NCBI GenBank assembly: GCA_944376805.1
Contig: CALWDX010000062.1
Location: 5,542 to 69,541, forward strand
Length of the DNA stretch: 64,000 bases
Source: an uncultured Clostridia bacterium
Lineage (GTDB): Bacteria; Bacillota; Clostridia; Lachnospirales; CAG-274
Direction of reading: 5' to 3'
The stretch's first letter is position 1; each line of letters opens with the position of its first letter. Below, piece by piece: positions 1 through 9,227 of the stretch. The notes under the pieces are model-generated. The model was not told where the DNA came from and searched no databases. It was given only the letters and a program-made list of their open reading frames with translations. Position numbers and translations under genes: made by a program.

Positions 1-1
1 A

Positions 2-511
2 AGTGTTAAAAAAATTGAAGGTGGTATTATGAGTTCATACCTCCATAATAATTTAGAAATAGGTGATAGTATAGAAGCTATGCCACCTTGTGGAATTTTT
101 GTATTAGATGAAAATTTACCTAAAGATATGCCTATTGTTTTATTATCTGGTGGTATTGGTATAACTCCTTTGTTGTCTATGTTACTTGCTAATGCTAAAG
201 ATAGAAATATTATTTTTGTACAGGCAGTACAAAATTCTAATATACACCCTTTTGTAAGTGATATTGATAATATTTGTAAAGAAAATAATCTTAAAAATTT
301 TGTTTTTTACTCTAATCCATTAGATAATGATAAATTAGGAAAAGATTATGATGTAAAAGGATTTGTTACAAAAGAATGGATTAAAGAAAATCTACCTTTA
401 AATGCTGCATTTTATTTTTGTGGACCACCTATGTTTATGGAATCACTAGAAAAAAATCTTATTGAATTAGGTGTTTCTCAAGATAAGATAAACTATGAAA
501 AGTTTAGTTAA
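2..511 (+). CDS. hmp: Flavohaemoglobin-like FAD/NAD-binding reductase, C-terminal part (5' truncated by window edge)
   Basis: Frame is open from base 2 (SVKKIEGGIMSSYLH). FNR-family motifs LLSGGIGITP, FYFCGPPMFM and terminal YEKF. The globin domain would lie upstream of the window. Confidence 0.7.
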   Translation, partial: SVKKIEGGIMSSYLHNNLEIGDSIEAMPPCGIFVLDENLPKDMPIVLLSGGIGITPLLSMLLANAKDRNIIFVQAVQNSNIHPFVSDIDNICKENNLKNFVFYSNPLDNDKLGKDYDVKGFVTKEWIKENLPLNAAFYFCGPPMFMESLEKNLIELGVSQDKINYEKFS

Positions 512-555
512 GTTATTCTCTCCTCTTAAAACTTGATTAACTTTTATATTGAAAA

Positions 556-579
556 AGTCAAGACTTTTTAGTCTTGACT
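556..579. terminator. Bidirectional intrinsic terminator
   Basis: AGTCAAGACT-TTTT-AGTCTTGACT perfect stem between convergent genes, with A/T tracts on both sides. Confidence 0.75.
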
Positions 580-589
580 AATTTTATTT

Positions 590-1363
590 TTAAATATTAA
601 TATTAGCTACAACAGGGAAATGGTCAGATATATATTTACCATTAAAACTGTTTCTCAAAATATTAACATTTTCAATATTAACAAAATTATTTACAAATAT
701 GAAATCTATTTCTAATTCTTCGGCATTAGAATCTACATTAAAATCAGCATCACAAGTAAAAGTACCTTTAGGTTCAAAATTATAAATATTTTTTACTTCT
801 GAAAATTTATTACACATATTTTTATAGACTTCATCAGTTGGTAAAGAATTAAAATCACCCATTAAAACAAAAGGATAATTTTTGTAATAATAAGAAAGTT
901 TTTCTAATATTAAATTACCTCCATAAATACGAGCTTCTTCTGAAGAATTATCAAGATGAGTTACAGAAAATACAATTTTTTTATTATTTAATTTATCTAA
1001 AAGCATAACCCAAACACAAATTCTTCTACAACCTGCACCTTCATAAAAAGAAGGTGTTTCTGGTGTTTTAGAAAGCCAAAAGTAACCACCATCTATTTTA
1101 TTAAATCTTTCTTTTTTATAAAATATTCCATTATATTCATCTTTTTTTGTATCACCATCTCTAGATATACCAAAAAAATCATATGTATTTATTGTTTGTA
1201 AAGTCTCAAGTTGGTGAGGTAGTGCTTCTTGAATACCTAAAATATCAAAATTTTCTCTTTGTATTATATTTATTATATGTTCATTTCTTTCATTCCAACC
1301 CCAATTTTTATCACCTAAGTTATCATATCTAATATTGTAAGTACAAGTTTTAATATTGTTCAT
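590..1363 (-). CDS. Endonuclease/exonuclease/phosphatase (EEP) family protein
   Basis: TYNIRYD, GIQE, THLD, MGDFN, IDFIF and SDHFPV motifs. Confidence 0.9.
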   Translation of the reverse strand: MNNIKTCTYNIRYDNLGDKNWGWNERNEHIINIIQRENFDILGIQEALPHQLETLQTINTYDFFGISRDGDTKKDEYNGIFYKKERFNKIDGGYFWLSKTPETPSFYEGAGCRRICVWVMLLDKLNNKKIVFSVTHLDNSSEEARIYGGNLILEKLSYYYKNYPFVLMGDFNSLPTDEVYKNMCNKFSEVKNIYNFEPKGTFTCDADFNVDSNAEELEIDFIFVNNFVNIENVNILRNSFNGKYISDHFPVVANINI

Positions 1364-1533
1364 AAATAAATCCTCTCTAAAAATTATATAATAAAATTGT
1401 TAATTTTAAAATGTTTATTTAATTTTTTATCATAATTTATATTTTAAGTCAATATATAATCTTAATTAAATTTTATAACAAACATTACTTAAAAGGCTAT
1501 AGAATTTTCCTATAACCTTATAATTAATGTTTG

Positions 1534-2175
1534 TTAATTATTATCAACAAAATCTTCATTATTTTCTTCAACTTCTTCATTATTTGTGTTATTTTTAGAT
1601 TCCATATCAGGTACAAGTATAAAAAATCCAGATAAATCTTTATTTATATCTGTAGTTTGATTAAATTTAGACTCTATAAATAAAACTCTATCCGCAACAC
1701 GACCAAATTCAATAGCAGGTACACTTAATATAGCTCCAGCCATGTCAATAGAAAGAGAAGGGACAGATTGTTTAATTTTATAATTCATAAGTTTAGATAA
1801 TGCTGTAAGATAAGAACTAGTAAGAATATTACCTATTTCTGTAATCATAGAACAATCTATTTCATCAAATTCAAAAAAACTTTTTCTATCTCTGTTCATA
1901 ATTTCTTTAACTAAAGTACAGGCAGATTTTTCTGTCATAAGATACATAATCATACCATTAATATCACCACTAATACCAACTAATAAACCACATATTAAGA
2001 CATCATTACCACCAATAATGCTATTAAGATTTTTAAATTCAGGCATTTTTACAGTAGGTACAGACATAGATATACGTTGTTTAACAATTCTTGATAGACT
2101 TGTAGCAGCATTACCAGTACCAATACTAGCAACTTCTTTTAACATATCTAAATCCATTAAATTTAAGTTAACCAT
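1534..2175 (-). CDS. cheC: Chemotaxis phosphatase CheC
   Basis: DMLKEVASIGTGNAATSLS, EIGNILTSSY and DMAGAILSVPAIEFG match CheC. Confidence 0.85.
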   Translation of the reverse strand: MVNLNLMDLDMLKEVASIGTGNAATSLSRIVKQRISMSVPTVKMPEFKNLNSIIGGNDVLICGLLVGISGDINGMIMYLMTEKSACTLVKEIMNRDRKSFFEFDEIDCSMITEIGNILTSSYLTALSKLMNYKIKQSVPSLSIDMAGAILSVPAIEFGRVADRVLFIESKFNQTTDINKDLSGFFILVPDMESKNNTNNEEVEENNEDFVDNN

Positions 2176-2334
2176 AATAAACTCCTTAAATATTTACTCA
2201 ATTTACAATATTAACAAATTATAGTATAATAATTTTATCATAAAAAAATAATTTTGAAAACTATTTTATTAAAAAAAATAATATTTTTTTAACATTGTAA
2301 TAAATATATAAGTATATTAAAATAAGGAGGGTTT

Positions 2335-2994
2335 ATGAAAAAATTTATTTTAATAGTTCCTTCTAATGATAACGAAAAATTTTTTATTAATAAACATTAT
2401 ATAAATAATATAAAAAGTTTTAATATACCTTATTATATTTGTGATTATAATATAAAAAATATAGACTACAATTTGATAGGAGGTATTTTATTAACAGGTG
2501 GTGGAGATATAGAACCAACATTTTATAATGAAGAAAAACATATAAAAACAAATGATATATACATAGAAAGAGATATGTTTGAAATATGTTTATTAAAAGA
2601 GGCATTGGAAAGAAGAATACCAACTCTTGCTATATGTAGAGGTATGCAAGTAATGAATGTAGCATTTGGAGGAAATCTTATACAACATATAGAGGGACAT
2701 AGTCAAAAAGAAGATAAAAGTATTGCTACACATTATGTAAATATAAAGAAAAAAAGTATTTTATATAATATATTAAAAAAAGATATAATAAGAGTAAATT
2801 CTGTTCATCATCAAATAGTTAATAAAGTTGCAAAAAATTTTAACGTTTGTGCTACTTGTGAAAATATTGTTGAAGCAATAGAATATAATGATAATAATTT
2901 ATTTTTTATAGGTGTACAATGGCATCCAGAAGCTTTAAATGATGAATATAATAAAAAAATATTTACATATTTTGTGAAAAATATAAAAGAATAA
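2335..2994 (+). CDS. Gamma-glutamyl-gamma-aminobutyrate hydrolase family (peptidase C26, class I glutamine amidotransferase)
   Basis: LTGGGDIEP, AICRGMQ nucleophile elbow and VQWHPE. Confidence 0.88.
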   Translation: MKKFILIVPSNDNEKFFINKHYINNIKSFNIPYYICDYNIKNIDYNLIGGILLTGGGDIEPTFYNEEKHIKTNDIYIERDMFEICLLKEALERRIPTLAICRGMQVMNVAFGGNLIQHIEGHSQKEDKSIATHYVNIKKKSILYNILKKDIIRVNSVHHQIVNKVAKNFNVCATCENIVEAIEYNDNNLFFIGVQWHPEALNDEYNKKIFTYFVKNIKE

Positions 2995-3026
2995 TATATT
3001 AAAAACAAAAGAAAAAGGAGCGAACT

Positions 3027-3884
3027 ATGGATAAATTAACAGAAAAAATGAATGCTATAAAAAGTTTAGATTGGTTAATAGAAATATTGGCAGATATAGG
3101 ACTTAGTATTTTTCAAGTTATAATAGCAGGTATTGTTATAAAAATTTTAATAGGATTTATAAAAAAATCATTAAGATTAAATAATAAACTTAGTGATAGA
3201 AAAAGGCAAACTTTATCAGAAGTATTATCTAGTGTTACTAAATATACTGTTTGGTTTATTGTTATATGTAGTATACTTACTAATTTTGGAGTAAATGTTG
3301 CTTCTTTAATAGCTGTTGCGGGGGTTGGTAGTGTTGCAATAGGTTTTGGAGCACAAAGTTTAGTCCAAGATGTTATAACAGGTATGTTTATATTATTTGA
3401 AGACCAATTTGGAGTAGGTGATATTATAACAGTAGATAGATTAACAGGAACAGTTGAAAGTATAGGACTTAGAAGTACAAGAATAAGAAGTGCTGATGGT
3501 GATTTACATATTATACCAAATGGTATGATAAAAATAATAACTAATATGTCAAAAGAATTTAATAGAGCTACTATAGATATAGGAGTTGCTTATGAAGAAA
3601 ATATTGATAGAGTTATAGAAGTTATGAAAGATGAAACAATTAAAATATATAAAAATAAAATGGTAAATGGACTTATAGCAGAGCCTAAAGTTTTAGGTAT
3701 AATAGATTTAGCAGATAGTGCTGTTGTTATAAGAATACTTGCAGATACACAAATAGGTGAAAATTGGCAAGTAGAAAGAGAAATACGAAGATTTATGAAA
3801 AAACGATTTGATAAAGAAAATATTAATATACCTTATCCAAAAAGGGTTATTGAAATAGTAGAAAACAAAAGAAAGGAAGCTTAG
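3027..3884 (+). CDS. mscS: Small-conductance mechanosensitive channel
   Basis: Three TM segments, AIGFGAQSLVQDVITG, GTVESIGLRST and IIPNG. Confidence 0.92.
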   Translation: MDKLTEKMNAIKSLDWLIEILADIGLSIFQVIIAGIVIKILIGFIKKSLRLNNKLSDRKRQTLSEVLSSVTKYTVWFIVICSILTNFGVNVASLIAVAGVGSVAIGFGAQSLVQDVITGMFILFEDQFGVGDIITVDRLTGTVESIGLRSTRIRSADGDLHIIPNGMIKIITNMSKEFNRATIDIGVAYEENIDRVIEVMKDETIKIYKNKMVNGLIAEPKVLGIIDLADSAVVIRILADTQIGENWQVEREIRRFMKKRFDKENINIPYPKRVIEIVENKRKEA

Positions 3885-3887
3885 AAA

Positions 3888-4067
3888 ATGGAATATTTAG
3901 TTGGGGATATAGTATATACTAAAAAACCTCATCCTTGTAAAAGTCATGAATGGGAAGTAATAAGAGTTGGGGCAGATTTTAAAATTAAATGTTTAGGTTG
4001 TGGACATATAGTTATGTTACCAAGAACAAAATTTGAAAAAGCTGTTAAAAAGAAAATAGAAAAATAG
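3888..4067 (+). CDS. DUF951 family small protein (59 aa; not in supplied ORF track)
   Basis: Translated by hand: MEYLVGDIVYTKKPHPCKSHEWEVIRVGADFKIKCLGCGHIVMLPRTKFEKAVKKKIEK. RBS AAGGAAG upstream. KKPHPC...RVGADFKIKC-GCGH pattern. Confidence 0.9.
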   Translation: MEYLVGDIVYTKKPHPCKSHEWEVIRVGADFKIKCLGCGHIVMLPRTKFEKAVKKKIEK

Positions 4068-4085
4068 TAAAAAAATGAATAATTT

Positions 4086-4139
4086 ACCCTTTTAAAATAA
4101 ATACTAAATTTAGTTATTTGTTTTGAAAGGGGTTTTTTT
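4086..4139 (+). promoter_or_regulatory. RBS-sequestering hairpin with U7 tract directly before the oxidoreductase start codon
   Basis: CCCTTTTAAAATAAATA pairs with TATTTGTTTTGAAAGGG (two G-U pairs). It is followed by T7 (4133-4139) and ATG at 4140. Confidence 0.55.
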
Positions 4140-5195
4140 ATGAGTTTTAAAAGGGATTATTTTGAAATAAGACTTGAAAGTATAGGTGGACTTGGTGCAA
4201 ATCTTGCAGGTAAAATTTTAGGAGAATATGGAGCATTATATTTAGGTCTTAATGCTTCTAGTTTTTCCAGCTATGGTTCTGAAAAAAGAGGTTCACCAGT
4301 TAAAGCATATATAAGATATGCAAAAGAAAATACACCTATAAGAGTTAATAGCCCTGTACAAATACCAAATATATTAGGACTTTTTCATATTGCTTTAGCT
4401 AACAAAGAAAATGTAATGGCTGGAGTTTCTGAAAATACTTCAGTTGTTGTAAACACAGATAAAGAACCAGAAGAAGTTAGAAATATATTAAAAATGTATG
4501 GAGGTAAATTATATTGTATAGATGCTTTAAAAATAGCATTAGAAACTAAAAGCCGTGTAAATATGGTTATGATTGGTGCAATAGCAAAAACTAATGATTT
4601 TATGTGTATAGAAAAGTTGCAACAATGTATAAAAGATACAATAGGTAAAAAATATCCTAAAGCATTAGAAAGTAATTTAAATGCTATAAAAAGAGGGTAT
4701 GAAGAGGTTAAATATAAAGAAATAAGCCCAGATGATAAATATGATTATATAGTTGCTAAAGATTTAGAAAGAGAATGGGGTTACAAAAATGCACCAATAG
4801 GTGGTGTAAATACTTGTTTTGGTAGTAGTATTTCTAACGATTTATCAGCTAGTAGAGAAGGTTATATACCTATTTTTATTAAAGAAAAATGTATAAATTG
4901 TGGTCTTTGTGATAGCACTTGCCCAGATATGACATTCCAATTTGTAAAGGGGCAATATAAAGGTAAAGAATGTATGGTAAACTTAGGTATAGATTATCAC
5001 CATTGTAAAGGTTGTTTAAGATGTGTTGAAATATGTCCTACAAAAGCATTACAAGTTAGTTTAGAAAGGGATTTTGATATAAGTAAATATCATATAAGAA
5101 ATAAAGATTTAATTGTAGGTAAATTAAATTTTGAAGAAGTAGGAGCAAGTTCTTTTGTAACTAGTGAAAGTTATACAGAAGATACAAATATTTAA
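4140..5195 (+). CDS. 2-oxoacid:ferredoxin oxidoreductase, fused gamma+delta (2x[4Fe-4S]) subunit
   Basis: ESIGGLGANLAG and SYGSEKRGSPV (gamma). CINCGLCDSTCP and CKGCLRCVEICP (delta ferredoxin). Confidence 0.9.
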   Translation: MSFKRDYFEIRLESIGGLGANLAGKILGEYGALYLGLNASSFSSYGSEKRGSPVKAYIRYAKENTPIRVNSPVQIPNILGLFHIALANKENVMAGVSENTSVVVNTDKEPEEVRNILKMYGGKLYCIDALKIALETKSRVNMVMIGAIAKTNDFMCIEKLQQCIKDTIGKKYPKALESNLNAIKRGYEEVKYKEISPDDKYDYIVAKDLEREWGYKNAPIGGVNTCFGSSISNDLSASREGYIPIFIKEKCINCGLCDSTCPDMTFQFVKGQYKGKECMVNLGIDYHHCKGCLRCVEICPTKALQVSLERDFDISKYHIRNKDLIVGKLNFEEVGASSFVTSESYTEDTNI

Positions 5196-5206
5196 GGAGG
5201 TATTTT

Positions 5207-7444
5207 ATGTTAAAACAGAAAGTTATATTTGAAAGTGGTAATGAACTTGCTAGTATTGCTTGTAAACAAATAAATTATCATATAATGGGATATTATCCTA
5301 TAACACCATCTACACAAATAGCAGAAAGTTTAGACCTTATGAGATCAGAAGGAGAAAGTCAAGTAAAATTAATAGCAACAGAGGGAGAACATAGTGCAGC
5401 TGGTGTATGTTATGGAGCATCTGTTGGTGGTGGAAGAGTATTTAGTGCTACAAGTGCAAATGGACTGCTATATAGTTTAGAACAATTACCAGTACAGTCT
5501 GGAACAAGATTTCCAATGGTTTTAAATGTTGCTTGTAGAACAGTATCAGGGCCTTTATCTATAAAGGGTGACCATAGTGATATAATGTATACTTTAAATA
5601 CAGGTTGGATTATACTTTTTGCAAAAGATAATCAAGAAGTATATGATTTTAATATAATAGGTTTAAAATTAGCAGAAAGAGTTAATTTACCAGTTATAGT
5701 AGCCTTTGATGGATTTTTTACAAGCCATCAAAAGAAAAAAGCACATATTTTTGAAAATGATAAAGATATACAAGACTTTTTAGGTGAATGTAAAAGAGAA
5801 TTTAATGTTCTAAATATGGAAAAACCTATAACAATAGGTTCTTATATGAATGAACCAGACCTTATTAATAATAAATTTCAATTAAATTTAGCTATGAAAG
5901 AAGCTAAAGAACATTTACCAATAATTTTTGAAGAATATAAGAATATATCTGGTAGAGAATATAAGTCAGCAGAAGGATATTTAACAAAAGATGCAGAAAT
6001 TTTAATATTTGCATTAGGTTCAACTTTTGAAACAGTTAAAGATGCAGTAGATAAAATGAGAAAAGATGGAAAAAAGGTAGGAGCTTTTACTTTAAAAATA
6101 TTACGTCCTTGGATAACAGAAGATATATATAATATGTGTAAAGACAGTAAACTTTTAATATGTCTTGATAGGCAAGACAGTTATGGTGCTAATGGTGGTA
6201 ATATGAGTATAGAAATAAAAGCTAGTTTACAAGAAAAAGAATTAAATACAAAAGTTATTACTCGTATATATGGTCTTAGTGGTAAAGATTTTTATGTAGA
6301 AGATGCTATTAACCTTTTTGAAGAAGCTTTTTCTAGTTTTGAAGGTAATGAAATAAAAAGATTTGACTATTTAGGTAAATATGAAGGTAATCTACAAATT
6401 AAAAATACTCAATATTTTGAACCTTTAAAAGCTAAGGATACAAAACTTAATATAACAAAAGTAGAATATAATGAAGATAAAAAAACTTTTAATGTTACAG
6501 GTGGAAGTGCAAAAGATATAACAGCTATGCCTAAAAGAATATCAGCAGGACATGGAGCTTGTCCAGGTTGTGGGATACCTGTTAATGTAAACCTTCTATT
6601 AAGTGGTATAGAAGGAAATGTTGTTTTACTATTTCAAACAGGTTGTGGTATGGTTGTAACTACATCTTATCCTAAAACTGCTTTTAAAGTAAATTATGTT
6701 CACAATCTTTTCCAAAATGGTGGTGCAACATTATCAGGGCTTTTAGAAATGTATAAAGAAAAACAAAAAAGAGGAGAAATAGATGAAGATATAACTTTTA
6801 TAATGGTATCAGGTGATGGTGGACTTGATATAGGGCTTGGTTCAGCTTTAGGTAGTGCTATAAGAAACCATAATATGATAATCTTTGAATATGATAATGG
6901 AGGCTATATGAATACAGGATACCAACTTTCATATTCTACACCAAAAGGAGCAAAAAGTTCAACAAGTCATATAGGAGAATATGAGTATGGAAAAGATTTA
7001 TTCCATAAAGATAATCCTCAAATATTTGCAGCTACTAATATACCTTATGTTGCAACAGTAGCAGAAAGTCATATAACAGATTTTGTTAGAAAAGCAAGAA
7101 AAGCACAAGAATATAGTAAAAAATTTGGACTTGCTTATATAAAATGTTTATCTGCTTGTCCTTTAAATTGGGGTGATGAACCAAGATATGAAAGAAGTGT
7201 AATAGAAAGTGCTGTTAAGAGTTGTTATCACCCTTTATATGAAATAGAATATGGAATAACAACTTTAAATTATAATCCAGAAGAAAAAAATGAAAAATTA
7301 CCTATTATAGATTATTTATTTAAAATGGGACGAACAAAACATTTAAAAAATGAAAAATATAGTCATATAGTAGAAAGTATTCAAAATGAAGTTGATAGGA
7401 GATGGCAACGATTAAAAGCTAGAGCAGAAAGTCCTTATTTATAG
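5207..7444 (+). CDS. 2-oxoacid:ferredoxin oxidoreductase, fused alpha+beta (TPP-binding) subunit
   Basis: YYPITPST, EGEHSA and ACRTVSGP (alpha). GHGACPGCG, GDGG, YDNGGYMNTG and ACP (beta). Confidence 0.9.
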   Translation: MLKQKVIFESGNELASIACKQINYHIMGYYPITPSTQIAESLDLMRSEGESQVKLIATEGEHSAAGVCYGASVGGGRVFSATSANGLLYSLEQLPVQSGTRFPMVLNVACRTVSGPLSIKGDHSDIMYTLNTGWIILFAKDNQEVYDFNIIGLKLAERVNLPVIVAFDGFFTSHQKKKAHIFENDKDIQDFLGECKREFNVLNMEKPITIGSYMNEPDLINNKFQLNLAMKEAKEHLPIIFEEYKNISGREYKSAEGYLTKDAEILIFALGSTFETVKDAVDKMRKDGKKVGAFTLKILRPWITEDIYNMCKDSKLLICLDRQDSYGANGGNMSIEIKASLQEKELNTKVITRIYGLSGKDFYVEDAINLFEEAFSSFEGNEIKRFDYLGKYEGNLQIKNTQYFEPLKAKDTKLNITKVEYNEDKKTFNVTGGSAKDITAMPKRISAGHGACPGCGIPVNVNLLLSGIEGNVVLLFQTGCGMVVTTSYPKTAFKVNYVHNLFQNGGATLSGLLEMYKEKQKRGEIDEDITFIMVSGDGGLDIGLGSALGSAIRNHNMIIFEYDNGGYMNTGYQLSYSTPKGAKSSTSHIGEYEYGKDLFHKDNPQIFAATNIPYVATVAESHITDFVRKARKAQEYSKKFGLAYIKCLSACPLNWGDEPRYERSVIESAVKSCYHPLYEIEYGITTLNYNPEEKNEKLPIIDYLFKMGRTKHLKNEKYSHIVESIQNEVDRRWQRLKARAESPYL

Positions 7445-7445
7445 G

Positions 7446-7477
7446 AAAGAGTGTAGACTTTTTTGTCTACACTCTTT
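7446..7477 (+). terminator. Intrinsic terminator after oxidoreductase operon
   Basis: AAAGAGTGTAGAC-T6-GTCTACACTCTTT. Confidence 0.75.
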
Positions 7478-7612
7478 AAAAATAATTTTCAAACATATTA
7501 AAAAGGTTAATATCAAATTATTTAAAAGAGATGCTATTATATAATAAATGTAATTTTTAATCAATAATAAAATTTAAAAGATTGTTGAGGTGTATAGATA
7601 GGTAATAAAAAA

Positions 7613-7636
7613 GACTATAGAAAATTTTCTATAGTC
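7613..7636 (-). terminator. Terminator of spore-coat gene pair
   Basis: Perfect palindrome GACTATAGAAAATTTTCTATAGTC just past the stop, with an A-tract on its left. Confidence 0.65.
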
Positions 7637-7644
7637 AAATTAAA

Positions 7645-7935
7645 TTATTTTAAAGCAGGCATAGGACCAGCACCATTTTTGGCCGTTAAAGCTTGTGTTA
7701 ATTTAGTTTTCAAAGTTTGTATTTCATAATCTGTATCTTTAGGTGAGGGTATATAATAACCTTTTTTTTCAGCAAATTTATATAAATTATATTGAGTTTC
7801 TTCTGCTTCATTTCTCATTTGTTGAAAAATTTGTCTTAAATTTAAGTCGCTACATTCTGTTATCATTTTAGCATAATTTACAATACTTGCTTTTAATCCT
7901 GTTAAAATATCTAAAACCATATCTTTTTCGTTCAT
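7645..7935 (-). CDS. Spore coat protein, Coat F-like domain
   Basis: MNEKDMVLDILTGLKASIVNYAKMITECSDLNLRQIFQQMR...AEKKGYY matches the clostridial Coat F pattern. Confidence 0.8.
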   Translation of the reverse strand: MNEKDMVLDILTGLKASIVNYAKMITECSDLNLRQIFQQMRNEAEETQYNLYKFAEKKGYYIPSPKDTDYEIQTLKTKLTQALTAKNGAGPMPALK

Positions 7936-7944
7936 AATATCCTC

Positions 7945-8127
7945 CTATAATAATTGTATTAATTTTTGAGCTGATTTTTCTGCTTTTATACTAGAATTTT
8001 TAAACATTTCTTTAAGCTCAGGTTCACAAGCTTTAGTAGCATAACAAGATAATTTAGAAGATATAGTGATATTATTAGATACACATTCTCTTATTGCATT
8101 TATTTCCATTTGATTTAAGTTTGACAT
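7945..8127 (-). CDS. Small spore-coat-associated protein (partner of Coat F-like gene)
   Basis: 60 aa with RBS GAAGGTGA. LNQMEINAIRE...DPE-like PELKEMF pattern is typical of genes preceding Coat F homologues. Confidence 0.7.
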   Translation of the reverse strand: MSNLNQMEINAIRECVSNNITISSKLSCYATKACEPELKEMFKNSSIKAEKSAQKLIQLL

Positions 8128-8196
8128 ATATTCACCTTCTATAAATTAAAATATTTTATGTACATATTTTAACCATAAAATAAATATATATACTTG

Positions 8197-9090
8197 TTAT
8201 TGTTTATTTTTGTTATTCATAAAAAACATAAATATAGCAACAGAACAAATAATGAAATAACCTATAAAGCTATAAATATCTGGTTTTTGATTAAATACAA
8301 TATATCCTAATATACCAGAAAATATAATTTGAGAATAATCAAAAATAGAAATTTCTTTAGCTGGTGCATTTGCATAAGCAGCAGTAACAGCAAATTGACC
8401 AAGACTAGCAAAAACACCTGCTAATAATAAATAAATTAATTGTTTTATAGTCATAGGTGAAAAGTTGAAAATAACAAAAGGTAATATAGCTAAACAAGAA
8501 AAGAACGAGAAAAAGAAAACTATAAAAGGTCCTTTTTCACCTTTTAAACTTAAAAATCTTACTATTGTATAAGCCATACCAGCACACATTGCACCTAAAA
8601 CACCTATTAAAGCAGGTAAACTATTAAGACTAGTTTTTGGTACATTATTATTTAATAATCCTATTATTAAGTTAGGATTTATAATAAATAAACTTCCTAA
8701 AAATGCTATTAATATAGATATAACTTGCCATAATTTAATTTTTTCTTTAAGTATAAAAAATGAAAATATAATTACAAAAAATGGAGCAAGTTTATTAAGC
8801 ATAGTAGCATCTGATAAAATTAAATTTTCTATTGCATAGTAGTTGAATATTATACCAAGTGTACCAAAAGTAGCTCGAAGTATTAAGCCTAATAAGTTTC
8901 CTTTTTGAAATTTAAAACCTATTTTAGATTTTTTTATAATATAAAATGCAAAAAATAGTGAAACTAAATTTCTAAAAAAGCTTTTTTGCATAGATGGTAT
9001 ATCACCAGATAGTTTTACAAAAAGGCTCATAAGTGCAAACCCAAAAGCTGATAATATAATAAATAATATACCTTTATTTTTATTTGTCAT
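8197..9090 (-). CDS. DMT/EamA family transporter
   Basis: About 10 hydrophobic segments in two EamA-like halves. Confidence 0.88.
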   Translation of the reverse strand: MTNKNKGILFIILSAFGFALMSLFVKLSGDIPSMQKSFFRNLVSLFFAFYIIKKSKIGFKFQKGNLLGLILRATFGTLGIIFNYYAIENLILSDATMLNKLAPFFVIIFSFFILKEKIKLWQVISILIAFLGSLFIINPNLIIGLLNNNVPKTSLNSLPALIGVLGAMCAGMAYTIVRFLSLKGEKGPFIVFFFSFFSCLAILPFVIFNFSPMTIKQLIYLLLAGVFASLGQFAVTAAYANAPAKEISIFDYSQIIFSGILGYIVFNQKPDIYSFIGYFIICSVAIFMFFMNNKNKQ

Positions 9091-9227
9091 AAATAAACTC
9101 CTTTCTAAAATACAAATAATATTTTATAATAAAACTGAAAAAATGTAAATTAAACGTTGTAAATTTTTTAAAATGTATTATAATTATTTTATATAGTTTT
9201 ATATTTTAAAAATGGAGGATTAAAAAA

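Noticed and set aside
7478-7612. Small gene after the GAGGTG at about 7587
   Set aside because: No start codon at suitable spacing and no open frame of meaningful length.
9091-9227. PyrR attenuator upstream of pyrE
   Set aside because: No AGUCCAGAGAGGC-like binding loop or terminator hairpin.
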